Below are positions 37,207 through 46,444 of a stretch of DNA of 64,000 nt, one piece after another. This stretch comes from Spirochaetia bacterium. GTDB taxonomy: Bacteria; Spirochaetota; Spirochaetia; SZUA-6; Bin103. The notes under the pieces are model-generated. The model was not told where the DNA came from and ran no database searches. It saw nothing but the letters and a program-made list of their open reading frames with translations. Both the position numbers and the translations under genes were made by a program. The DNA lies in the NCBI GenBank assembly GCA_965203905.1, contig CBDBDQ010000003.1:31707-95706 (forward strand), given 5' to 3'. Each line of letters opens with the position of its first letter. Position 1 is the stretch's first letter.

Positions 37207-37479
37207 GTGATCACAGTCATCGACATGCCGATAGAGACGGTAGAGGACAACATCGACCGCGTGCTCGCTAAGTCCGGTGTAGCGGGCTTGTCTGACAGAA
37301 ACGATCTGCGATGGGCCATCCTGCAGACGGCTCTGGACTTTGCAGATTCAGAGGACTTGCGAATCCCTGACCGCTGGCGGCTGGATCTGCTTCTTCTGAA
37401 ATGGAAGGGTGGACACCAGGACCTATGGCGGGCAGATCGGCAGGGGTCCCCGTGCCCACCGCAATCAGCCTGCTCGTGA
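37207..37479 (+). CDS. Hypothetical small protein
   Basis: 90-aa ORF (GTG start). The TATAATTCCCAAAATTTT motif lies 16-35 nt upstream. Confidence 0.35.
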   Translation: MITVIDMPIETVEDNIDRVLAKSGVAGLSDRNDLRWAILQTALDFADSEDLRIPDRWRLDLLLLKWKGGHQDLWRADRQGSPCPPQSACS

Positions 37480-37668
37480 GACCATCTTCCCAGCATCAGA
37501 ATCCCCGTCCATCGTGATCCACGCTTCACCAACTCCGGGTCCGGGTTCGGGGGAGAGTTGAGAATAGGGCTGCGTGGCGATTTCTGCGATCAACCATCTA
37601 TATCCCCTTGACCGATTCGGCGAGCGGTGAGCATACTTCACCGCATGGCGATTTTAGACACTGCCGCA

Positions 37669-37965
37669 ATGGAGCGGCTGACCATTTCGCTACCGCGTGA
37701 GTTGCGGGCGAAGCTGCAGCGGATTGCGCGGGACCACGGCGCCAGCGAGGCCGCGGTGATTCGAGCAGCGCTGGAGTTTGGGGTGCCGGAGCTAGAGAGG
37801 CAGTTGCTTGCCGAGGCGACCAGCGGGCCGCGGTTCGACTACTCCAAGTCACGCCGCGGGCCGCTGGAGCTGGCGCGGCCGATCCTGGAGCAGCACGAGA
37901 CCGAGGCCGACCCGCCGCCCGAGAACGTGGCGGAGGCGGAGGACCATCAGACGCCGGCGGAGTGA
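37669..37965 (+). CDS. Ribbon-helix-helix (CopG/Arc-like) DNA-binding protein
   Basis: MERLTISLPRELRAKLQRIARDHGASEAAVIRAALEFG (beta-strand plus two helices typical of RHH), then an acidic tail. The ORF is open from 37627. Confidence 0.6.
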   Translation: MERLTISLPRELRAKLQRIARDHGASEAAVIRAALEFGVPELERQLLAEATSGPRFDYSKSRRGPLELARPILEQHETEADPPPENVAEAEDHQTPAE

Positions 37966-38145
37966 AACGGGCTGCACGAGCGGGTAGCTCACTTGGCCGG
38001 AGTACCAGGAGACGCATTTGCTGCCGCCCTGGGGCGGGTGCCCGCACCGAGTTGGGGGAGGTGCGCCGGGCACACCTCCGGTTCCCCAGCGCTCGCCCCC
38101 CCTCGGGAATCACCGCGCGGCACCGAGCGCCTGCTGGCGGCAAGT

Positions 38146-38217
38146 CGCCGAGTGATTTGCCACTTCCGATAACTGTGGTTCTGTCGTCCTCGGGATCGCC
38201 GCTTGCCTACGCCGTGG
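38146..38217 (+). repeat. Junction repeat, module A copy 1 (divergent)
   Basis: CGCCGAGTGATTTGCCACTTCCGATAACTGTGGTTCTGTCGTCCTCGGGATCGCCGCTTGCCTACGCCGTGG aligns with 45859-45941. Confidence 0.6.
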
Positions 38218-38469
38218 ATCCCTCCCCCCTGAAGCCGCCGGCCGTGATAACGGTGTCCGGCATGAGCACCGCCCTGGAAATCCTGATTGGTGCCGGCGGC
38301 ACGGTGGCCGCCTTGCTGGCCGTGCTGCTGCCGGTAATCCGGGCGCAGGGCTCAAACCTGCGCCGTTGAGCTGGATATACGCTACGCGGGGACCTGCGCG
38401 CCGATGTGGCATCGTTTGCGCGCCGACGTGGGCGAAGTGCCGCGACCTGCACGCGCTGAGCGATCGTGT

Positions 38470-38600
38470 GGCCCGCATCGAGGGTGCGCCTACGACCGGC
38501 CCTGGCGGCCCACCAACGGCTCGCCTGCAGCGGCACCCCAGGGCGGTCCCCCGGAGGCCACCGCCGAGTGACCTGCCACTTCCAGAGTGCTTCTGTTCAC
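38470..38600 (+). repeat. Junction repeat, long copy (modules C + A, copy 2)
   Basis: GCCCGCATCGAGG...CCCACCAACGGCTCGCCTGCAGCGGCACCCCAGGG...GGAGGCCACCGCCGAGTGACCTGCCACTTCC. About 85 percent identical to 39849-39980. Confidence 0.7.
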
Positions 38601-39078
38601 TGCGATCACCACCGCAAGCTGAGTTCCCCGTACGCGCGCGCTGCCCATACGAAGGCATTGACCAAGTTTTCGTAGCGGCGGTAGAGTGGCGTTCTAAGTG
38701 GCGGGGCTGTAGCCAGGTAGCAACTGACCAGGCCCGATACCAAACGTCAAATCGCCATCGCGGGCGTCGGCGTCCATACAGTGTGTGCTGCATACGGATG
38801 CGCGGGTCGCGCTGCTCGGTTGCATCAAAATGCAGGCGCGTGGGTTGACCCTGCGGGGCGCAGGGTGGTAGGGGGTTTGCCTATGCTGGCAATAGTACTG
38901 GCAATCGTAGGTGCGCTAATCGTGGTTGCAATTGACGTAGTGGTACGTTACCTGCAGTCCGATGATAGCCTACACAGCAGGCGGAAAGGACGGCTTTAAG
39001 TTCCGGTTGCAGGAACGCTGGCGCCGGCCCGGCGACTGCGCTATGGGTCCGATGCGTGTTGTGATGCTGTTAGTGGTG

Positions 39079-39126
39079 GGCTCGCCTGCAGCGGCACTTG
39101 CGGCGCCAGTCGAGGATGGTGACGCT
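39079..39126 (+). repeat. Junction repeat, modules C + B (copy B1), immediately 5' of the HEPN-like gene
   Basis: GGCTCGCCTGCAGCGGCAC then CCAGTCGAGGATGGTGACGC. Confidence 0.6.
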
Positions 39127-39137
39127 GTTGGCCCGCA

Positions 39138-39803
39138 ATGGAGGGTGTACCATACACAGTGGCTCGCGAAACTATCAATCCAGATCACCAGAGCGCGTAC
39201 CCGTTGCTCTTTTTGAATGTGATTCACTTCAAGGACGCAGCACGGTTAGTCGAGTCGGAGGTTTCCAGGTATCGCGCTGACCAGGGCTTGCAACATACCG
39301 AGGATCCTTTGGAGAGTTTTCCTAACAAGGACTATTGGATGTCAGCAAAGGCCGTATCACACTTTAACCTTGGAACTGCGTTGGAACTAATGATGAAGTT
39401 GGTTTTGGTTATCAACGGTACACCGGTTGGACAGACGCACTCACTGCTTGCACTGCACAATTCTCTGTCATCGAAGTGGAAACGACGCATGCAGGAAATG
39501 TTCAGCAAGGCAGAGAAGAATCATGGATTGTTAAAGTTTGTCCGAATTAGGCGTTCTGATGCGGCTGATCTACCAGATCCCGGCGACGATCGTGACGTCA
39601 TCGGGTTGAGAGGTACACTGGCGTACCTTGACGATGATGCTGTGCTGTCAAAGGCGCGATACCTATGGAAACATATGAGTGAAGGTAAGTGGCTGTACTA
39701 CTTGGATGACATTACAATTCTTACCGACTTAATTGATCAGGTATTAGCGAAACTAGTTGCAGAGAACCAGATTCCTGGACTGACGGTAGGGAAGCAAGAC
39801 TAA
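39138..39803 (+). CDS. HEPN-like protein (candidate RNase/abortive-infection type effector), low-GC single-gene cassette
   Basis: 221 aa. HFNLGTALELMMKLVLVINGTPVGQTHSLLALHNSL fits the HEPN helix pattern (..E..lK..l.....g....tH.L..L). No partner gene. Confidence 0.45.
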   Translation: MEGVPYTVARETINPDHQSAYPLLFLNVIHFKDAARLVESEVSRYRADQGLQHTEDPLESFPNKDYWMSAKAVSHFNLGTALELMMKLVLVINGTPVGQTHSLLALHNSLSSKWKRRMQEMFSKAEKNHGLLKFVRIRRSDAADLPDPGDDRDVIGLRGTLAYLDDDAVLSKARYLWKHMSEGKWLYYLDDITILTDLIDQVLAKLVAENQIPGLTVGKQD

Positions 39804-39848
39804 ACCTTTGGCCCTGGCACCCACGCCAGACTTGTAGAGGAGCGCGTT

Positions 39849-39980
39849 GCCCGCATCGAGGTGCGCTGAGCGGCCCCTGGCGTCCCACCAAACGGCTCGC
39901 CTGCAGCGGTGCCCAAGGGTGGCACCTCGGAGGCCACCGCCGAGTGACCTGCCAATTCCTATTAGACTGCTTCTGTCGCC
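39849..39980 (+). repeat. Junction repeat, long copy (modules C + A, copy 3), immediately 3' of the HEPN-like gene
   Basis: See 38470..38600. Confidence 0.7.
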
Positions 39981-40030
39981 TGGAGCGCTGTGCTGGTTCA
40001 CTTTCCGCCGGATTGATCGTCGAAATTAGG

Positions 40031-40915
40031 TTAGGGCGCTTGGTACGGAACGGACAGCATTACGGATGCCGGCACCCCTTCGGGCCTGCCCTTCGTCCGG
40101 GCATCGAGTTGCCGTTTCTCCAGTTGGGTCAAGTACGTCCGGCGTAGATCGTTCGGAGTAACCGGGTCGACGCCCGCCTGCTTGGCGATGGTGCGCACCC
40201 GATCCATCACCGCCTGGGCGGTCATGGCCTTCGGCTGGAGCTTTTCGCCCTTGGCAACCGGGCACAGCAGGGCTCCGGGCCAGTCGCCGCGGCGCGCGAT
40301 CCAGGCGCCGATCGCTTCCTTGCCGCCGTCTGTCGCGTAGACCTGCCGCTCGTCGTGGCGAATGACGATGGCCCCGGACACCTGGTCGTAGTCCGCGAGC
40401 TGCAGCGCGGCTGCTTGCGAGCGCTGCAGGTCGGCGCAGTAGAGTAGCGCGAGCATGGCTGCATCACGGGCGCCGATAAGATCGGTACCAAGCGCCGCGA
40501 ACAAGCGGCGAACCTCGTCCCGTTGGACGTATCGTCCTGCACGCCGGCGCGGCTGTGGCTTCTCGTTCCGTTGGTCCTCGACAGCGATCCGCGTCTTGTC
40601 GTCGACCAGCCCGAGTTCCCATGCTATGCGCACCGTACTCCGGACCCCCGAAAGCATGTGGTTGACGGTGCCGGCGGCGACGCCGCGGTCGAGCATGACC
40701 GAACGCATTTTTTGGACCTGCTGCAGGTCTATCTGCGACCAGTCGAACGCCGTCGCATCTGTGACGGCGTCGTCCGTGAAGATTGCCACTGCGCAGTCGA
40801 GTTCCCGTTCCATGCCGAGGCGTCCGGACGGGTGGAGGCGGTCGAGATAGACGGCAGCGGGATTCTGTACTGGCGCGGTGTTGCTGGGCGCGACCGACTC
40901 GTCCGCGGCTTGCAC
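40031..40915 (-). CDS. Tyrosine-recombinase paralog lacking the catalytic His/Tyr segment
   Basis: Aligns with the 24573 integrase through ARDAAMLALLY...RGDWPGALLCPVAKG...MTAQAV. It reads NDLRRTYLTQLEKRQLDARTKGRPEG where the intact protein has [42 protein letters not shown], about 16 aa shorter and with no GH....Y. Confidence 0.7.
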   Translation of the reverse strand: MQAADESVAPSNTAPVQNPAAVYLDRLHPSGRLGMERELDCAVAIFTDDAVTDATAFDWSQIDLQQVQKMRSVMLDRGVAAGTVNHMLSGVRSTVRIAWELGLVDDKTRIAVEDQRNEKPQPRRRAGRYVQRDEVRRLFAALGTDLIGARDAAMLALLYCADLQRSQAAALQLADYDQVSGAIVIRHDERQVYATDGGKEAIGAWIARRGDWPGALLCPVAKGEKLQPKAMTAQAVMDRVRTIAKQAGVDPVTPNDLRRTYLTQLEKRQLDARTKGRPEGVPASVMLSVPYQAP

Positions 40916-40925
40916 TTTGGCAGCT

Positions 40926-41324
40926 TCAGAAGCTCGCTACTGTGGCGGTCGACAAGCTCTGCCTTCCGGTAAGACTGCAACCTATCTCCGATTTTAGAAG
41001 AGTTCCTGCTCTCGTCTCTTCACCTCCGATAGCACGTTCGCGGCAGCTTCCCTCTCTACCAATAGAGAGATGATTTTGCTCATTCGTAGGCAGCTCGAGG
41101 CGCTCCCGAGATTCCTCCACCGAAGCAGGGAATCGTTTGTACGCGACGATAGCGGCATGTCCATCATTGACCACTTGTATGCTATGCGGGATGGCTTGGG
41201 AAGCTCGATACAGTTTTCCCCGAAATTGGTTGCACTTCTCCTCAAGGCTCGCCAACCGGTTTTCTGCCCGCCTCAGTTCCAGTAACAGATCGGCCATGTT
41301 TCTCTCGCGTTCGTCGTTGCTCAT
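40926..41324 (-). CDS. Hypothetical coiled-coil protein (low-GC) between the two integrase paralogs
   Basis: MSNDERERNMADLLLELRRAENRLASLEEKCNQFRGKLYRASQAI... The C-terminal extent is uncertain. Confidence 0.4.
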   Translation of the reverse strand: MSNDERERNMADLLLELRRAENRLASLEEKCNQFRGKLYRASQAIPHSIQVVNDGHAAIVAYKRFPASVEESRERLELPTNEQNHLSIGREGSCRERAIGGEETRAGTLLKSEIGCSLTGRQSLSTATVASF

Positions 41325-41473
41325 CGCTTCATCCTTTAGCTATCTTCTGAGGATCGCGGTCTTGAATACGATGGGTATTGACTCTGATCAAATGGCAGGT
41401 CACGACCAATAATCAGTGCGTCTCCTACAATATGATCTCAGCAGATATTGGAATGTGGCGGCTTCAGGCCGCC

Positions 41474-42454
41474 TCATTTCTTATAGCCTACGAGACGCAC
41501 CTCTGTCAACGCGGTACTTCGACTTCCGATAATCCGCTTCTGTCCCCTGGGAGCGCCGTGTGGTTTCACCCCCCGCTGGCTTGATTCTCGGATTTTGGCG
41601 CTTGGTGCTGAACGGATAGCACCCCTTCGGGCCTGCCCTTTCGTCCGGGCGTCGAGTTGCTTCTTCTCCAGCTCGGTTAAGTACGTCAGGCGTAGATCGT
41701 TCGGGGTAACCGGGGCGACGCCCGCCTGCACTGTGATGCTGCGCACCCGCACCATGACGGCCTGGGCGGTCATGCCCCGCTGTCGGATGCGTTCGCCCGT
41801 ACCGACGGGCGCCAGGAGTGCGCCCGGCCAGTCGCCACGGATCGCGATCCAGGCGTGGATCGCTTCCTTACCGCCATCTGTCGCGTGGACCTGCCGCTCG
41901 TCGTCGCGAACGGTGACGGCCCCGGACACCTCGTCGTAGTCCGCGAGCTGGAGCGCGACTGCTTCCGAGCGCTGAAGGCCGGCGCCGTAGAGCAATGCAA
42001 GCAAGGCTGCATCACGGGCGCCAATTGGATCGGTACCGGGGGCCGTCGCGAACAGGCGCCGAACCTCATTTCGTTTGACGTATCGTCCTGCACGCCGGCG
42101 CTGTTGCGGTTTCTCGTTCGGTTCGTCCTCGACAGCGATCCACGTCTTGTCGTCTACCAGCCCGAGTTCCCAAGCTATGCGCACCGTACTCCGGACACCC
42201 GAGAGCATGTGGTTGACGGTGCCGGCTGCAGCGTTGCGGTCGACCATAGCCGAACGCAGCTTTTCGACCTGCAGCCGGCTTATCTGCGACCAGTCGAACG
42301 CCGTCGCGTCTGTGCCGGCTTGGTCAGTGAAGATTGCGACCACGCGGGCGAGTTCCCGGCGCATGCTGCGGCGCCCCGACGGGAGGAGGCCGTCGAGATA
42401 AACGGCGGCGGGATTCTGGTCGCTGGGGGCGTCCGACTCGTCCGCGGCTTTCAC
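41474..42454 (-). CDS. Second tyrosine-recombinase paralog with the same internal deletion; the C-terminus differs through a 1-nt indel
   Basis: About 85 percent DNA identity to 40070-40900. NDLRLTYLTELEKKQLDARTKGQARRG... GTG at 42454 corresponds to the start of copy 1 (KAADESDAPSDQNPAAVYL). Confidence 0.65.
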   Translation of the reverse strand: MKAADESDAPSDQNPAAVYLDGLLPSGRRSMRRELARVVAIFTDQAGTDATAFDWSQISRLQVEKLRSAMVDRNAAAGTVNHMLSGVRSTVRIAWELGLVDDKTWIAVEDEPNEKPQQRRRAGRYVKRNEVRRLFATAPGTDPIGARDAALLALLYGAGLQRSEAVALQLADYDEVSGAVTVRDDERQVHATDGGKEAIHAWIAIRGDWPGALLAPVGTGERIRQRGMTAQAVMVRVRSITVQAGVAPVTPNDLRLTYLTELEKKQLDARTKGQARRGAIRSAPSAKIRESSQRGVKPHGAPRGQKRIIGSRSTALTEVRLVGYKK

Positions 42455-43178
42455 TTCGGCAGATCCAGAAGCTCGCTGCCGTGGCCGTCGACAAGCTCTG
42501 CCACCGTCTCGGTATCCCACTGTTCTCTCGAAAGCACCATGCCCGGCTTCGGATCCAACGCGGCCGCGGAGGCCGCGGCCGCCGGGACAGCAGACGCCGT
42601 AACAGGCCCGCGGTGTCGGCGATGCCAACGACGACAGCATCTCGCGGGTCTGGAATGTCGTCGCTGAACAGTACCGCCAGTTATACGCCGCTTCACGTCC
42701 CGGTCAGCGGCGAGATCGGCGGTCGGGTACCGCGGCGATGGGAACACCCACAGGAGAACCGCCCCTCGCGGCGTTGGAGAATGCCCTCACTCGACGATAC
42801 GTTCCAGTACACAGGCGCGGATGCGCTGGCCTTGATCGGCCGTATGCCGCACTCAGTAACGGGTGTCCCGCGCCTCTGACGCCTGTGCGATTTACGCGAG
42901 TGTCGGATCGAGAAGGTCTGGCGCAGGCGTCGCATCGGCCACGAAGAGCTGTTCGGTCCATGAGAACCGCACCCGCCAAGGGAGTAACGCAACGACCAGT
43001 CGGGCACCCGCGCGAACTACCAGCTTTCGGCATCCGCCAAGAGCCGCACTACGTAAATCTTGGTTTGGGCGGGCGGTTCGCAAAGCGCGCTTGGCCGAGC
43101 CGATGGAGACATTTGGTCACCACCTGTCAGCGTTCACTGTGTTCCGACCGGCGCCGTGGGCCTCCTCTCGGTTGGACA

Positions 43179-44936
43179 TTAGTAACCCATTGCTTTCTTC
43201 AGTTCATGATCGACCCAAAGTCGACTGAATACAACGTTGTATTGCCCTCGACCTAACGAGGTCTCCCCATTAAAACCCTTGATCCACGGCTGGACTACAG
43301 CAAACCGTGGCGCGATCGGACCAAACAACATCCAATAGCTATCGATACTATTCTGACCCAACTCTCTCATGATGGCGTTCTGCTCCTCGGCAGTAACCGG
43401 CTCGACACGTCGCTCCGCATCATCAACCACCGAATAGGTATGCAATGTATTCTGTATCCAGTCCGCGACATCAAAAGGGATCCCCTTATGTGCGGCCACC
43501 GCACTTATCATCTCGAATTCTCCCCTCTCTAAACGGTGATTATATCCTTCCTTGTCCAACATGACAACTTCAGCATCTACGTCGATCCCACTCCAGTATT
43601 CGGAAAGCAATTCCAGGTATTGCAAATCGAACACTCCTGAAGAAACCAACTCAGTCCGAAAGCCATCTGGATATCCTGCCTCGATGAGTAGCTGTTTGGC
43701 GCGATCACGATCAAATCTATAGCCGTCCTTCACCGGATCGCTCCACTCTTCGAATGGAACGATTGCTTCTGCAAGCGTCCTACTAAACAGTCCTTGCGGA
43801 ACTGTGTCTGCATGACCGCCGTACAACCTGTCGTTGGCCTGCTCAACATCTATCGCCATCTGCATTGCCATTCGCACTCTAATATCGCTAAATGGCGCGC
43901 GCTGAGTGTTTATCCCAACAGCATTCTCTGACCGTACGTAAAACACATGAGGCATGAGATGTCGGTGCTGGACCAGAAAGCCCTCAAGAACATGAAGGTC
44001 TTTTAGTTGAGAGTTTCCGATAGGACCAACGTAATCTATCTTTGCCGTACTAAGCGCTGCCAGACGGCTTTGCTCGTCCACAAGAACGAGCGCCCTCAAC
44101 TCATCGATATACGGCAAACGTCTGTTGTCCGCATCGAAGCCCCAGTAGTTGGGATTTCTTAACCAAGTAATCGAGCTTCCTTCTACCCAGTCAGTCAGAA
44201 CAAACGGGCCGGTTCCTAGGAGATTCTTCCAATCCGCTACATCACCGAACTCTTCGATAACCTCCGGCGGATATATCCAGGAGCTCCAGCCGTCGAATAA
44301 AAGGCGGAACGCGTGAGGATTAGGCTCCTCTAAACTGAACACAACTGTGTATCTGTCGGTTGCCTCGACAGATGCAAAATTCAGTCGATTTATGTCATAC
44401 TTCAGTTTGTCATCGCCGAGACCTAAAATGCGATGGAAGTTGTATGCGACATCATAAGCGGTAAGTTCGCGTCCGTTAAGTGGCGCCTTGTCATGCCATT
44501 GAACCTCCCTACGAACACTGACAACGTAAGTTCGCGGATCACGCTGCTCCCAGCTCTCCGCCAAGGCACCGGCTGTGTGCTCCTCGTGGTTGAGCACCTG
44601 AAAGTCGAAAAGGTCGCGTCCTAACGCCCAGTTTGCAATTCCCAGTTTCTCAACAACTCCCGAAATGTAGATATACGCAAATTGAGAAAGGAGCATATCA
44701 GTACCTCTGTTATTGTGTGCTAGAGCGAACGTGATTACACCGCTGTGATTCACCGTTGTCGGGTCCCATTCGCATGGCGATGAACAACGCCAATTGCAGC
44801 AGTCCGTAAAACAAGCATCCGACGAGCAGTAGACACCGTCATCGCGCTCCTCATCGCCGCTTGCACACAATACGGTGGTCACACAGAAAAAACATGCAAC
44901 AAGAGCCGTCTGAGTGTTATTCAGCAGAAATCTCAT
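43179..44936 (-). CDS. ABC-transporter family-5 (peptide/nickel type) solute-binding lipoprotein, orphan, low-GC
   Basis: MRFLLNNTQTALVACFFCVTTVLCASG lipobox. A Cys-rich segment. Then SBP_bac_5-like AESWEQRDPRTYVVSVRREVQWHDKAPLNGRELTAYDVAYNFHRILG... No permease or ATPase genes nearby. Confidence 0.75.
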   Translation of the reverse strand: MRFLLNNTQTALVACFFCVTTVLCASGDEERDDGVYCSSDACFTDCCNWRCSSPCEWDPTTVNHSGVITFALAHNNRGTDMLLSQFAYIYISGVVEKLGIANWALGRDLFDFQVLNHEEHTAGALAESWEQRDPRTYVVSVRREVQWHDKAPLNGRELTAYDVAYNFHRILGLGDDKLKYDINRLNFASVEATDRYTVVFSLEEPNPHAFRLLFDGWSSWIYPPEVIEEFGDVADWKNLLGTGPFVLTDWVEGSSITWLRNPNYWGFDADNRRLPYIDELRALVLVDEQSRLAALSTAKIDYVGPIGNSQLKDLHVLEGFLVQHRHLMPHVFYVRSENAVGINTQRAPFSDIRVRMAMQMAIDVEQANDRLYGGHADTVPQGLFSRTLAEAIVPFEEWSDPVKDGYRFDRDRAKQLLIEAGYPDGFRTELVSSGVFDLQYLELLSEYWSGIDVDAEVVMLDKEGYNHRLERGEFEMISAVAAHKGIPFDVADWIQNTLHTYSVVDDAERRVEPVTAEEQNAIMRELGQNSIDSYWMLFGPIAPRFAVVQPWIKGFNGETSLGRGQYNVVFSRLWVDHELKKAMGY

Positions 44937-44943
44937 CGAGAAA

Positions 44944-45219
44944 CTAGGATGATCCGCCATCATTATACACACCTATAATATGATCATTATCGATTCGAAG
45001 TACCTTGGGGGCGTCATTTTTGTTCTTGCCATACCAGTTGTAGACTAACAGAAATGTGTCATAGGGGCCCCGCCATAGTAGACTAATTTTAGCGTCAAGA
45101 GGGTATCTCTGTATCATACGAAAGAGACGACCGAATTCAGTGTTAGGAACGGACGTAAGGTCGTCTGAAATGCTCGTTCTAAAAAGGACTTCGACGGCGG
45201 TTGGATTCTCATCTGTCAA
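44944..45219 (-). CDS. Hypothetical small protein (low-GC)
   Basis: 91-aa ORF overlapping its neighbours at both ends. Confidence 0.4.
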   Translation of the reverse strand: MTDENPTAVEVLFRTSISDDLTSVPNTEFGRLFRMIQRYPLDAKISLLWRGPYDTFLLVYNWYGKNKNDAPKVLRIDNDHIIGVYNDGGSS

Positions 45220-45781
45220 CTTCTAAAAAAGCCTGGTAATGCCCCGCTCCTTTTGAAATGAAGTAGGCAGAATAAAACAATAGAGACCACATACATATCT
45301 TCAACACCAATTTACCGGTAGTGGAGCAAAACGGGCGCCGTAGCGGATGTTGTATACTGCACCGTCTCTTGGCAAAGAACAACCAGTAAGCCAGACAATA
45401 CAGAACCAAGAAGCACAATATAACGCCCATTCCGAGAAATACGTACATGTACACATCCCGAATACTAAGATCCGGTAATCTTCCTATTACGGAAAAGGTA
45501 TGAACGAATACGGTGTAGTCATTCGTGGTAAGGCTCGATCGCGGCACACCAAACCGAGCGAAGTACTCATTCCGATACCACCAGCCGGAAAAGTAGATGA
45601 GTGCGAGAAGAAATAGCCAGTCGGTTGGTGTTGTTCGTCTCACGGAATCGTGCCCGCATAGACGACGTCTATTCATCTGTAATATGTAGCGTCGTCCTCT
45701 TCGAAAAAGCCGTCTTGGGGGATTGCTCCAGAATGGGGAGTCGCGATGCCGTGCTTGATCAGCCGCAGTAGATTCTCTCAT
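45209..45781 (-). CDS. Hypothetical integral membrane protein (low-GC)
   Basis: 190 aa with at least 4 hydrophobic segments (WLFLLALIYFSGWW, VYMYVFLGMGVILCFLVLYCLAYWLFF, LKICMWSLLFYSAYFI). Confidence 0.45.
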   Translation of the reverse strand: MRESTAADQARHRDSPFWSNPPRRLFRRGRRYILQMNRRRLCGHDSVRRTTPTDWLFLLALIYFSGWWYRNEYFARFGVPRSSLTTNDYTVFVHTFSVIGRLPDLSIRDVYMYVFLGMGVILCFLVLYCLAYWLFFAKRRCSIQHPLRRPFCSTTGKLVLKICMWSLLFYSAYFISKGAGHYQAFLEVDR

Positions 45782-45858
45782 CAGTGATTCTAAGCTTAGC
45801 CGTGTTGGGGAGATTCGTCCAGAGGTCGACGGTTCGTCAAGAGCAGTGTGGATCCCAC

Positions 45859-45969
45859 CGCCGAGTGACCTGCCACTACCGATAATTCACACTCTGTCGC
45901 CTCACCCCGCGGGGGGATCGCCGCGAGCCTTGACCCCGTGGCACCAGTCGAGGATGGTGACGCCTGTGA
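45859..45969 (+). repeat. Junction repeat, the only contiguous A + B copy (A4 + B2)
   Basis: CGCCGAGTGACCTGCCACTACCGATAATTCACACTCTGTCGCCTCACCCCGCGGGGGGATCGCCGCGAGCCTTGACCCCGTGGCACCAGTCGAGGATGGTGACGCCTGTGA. Confidence 0.7.
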
Positions 45970-46444
45970 CCACGGACGAATGGGAGTGGAACTTGACCGG
46001 GTGACGATGCGGCAGATAGCGATCCGCGTAGGCCACAGCTGGACCAGTTCTACTACTTCCACCTGGACGAGTATGAGGTCTACCGGCGCTGGGAGAGAGT
46101 GCTGAAACGTCGCGCAGCAGCGATTGAGCGAGAACACGACCGGAGCGCGGCGTTCGCCGAGGCAGCCCACGCCAGCCGGACTTCCGGTAAGACTTGGCCG
46201 GTCGGCCAAATTTGAACGGCACGACTCATGAAGGACTTCTGGCCGAATTCTGTTCAGGCAGCGGACCCGGAAAGCGATCGCACGGCGCCAGCTCGCCGGT
46301 GCATAGGGGACGCGGCACCGTGACGCGAGCGCAAAAGCGCGCTCGGGACGCCGCCGAGCAGGCTTACGCCGAACGCACCTTGATTGCTTGCGCGCTACGC
46401 GACTTCGAGGCAGCCCGGCGACTACCCCGCGCGTCCACCCGTTG

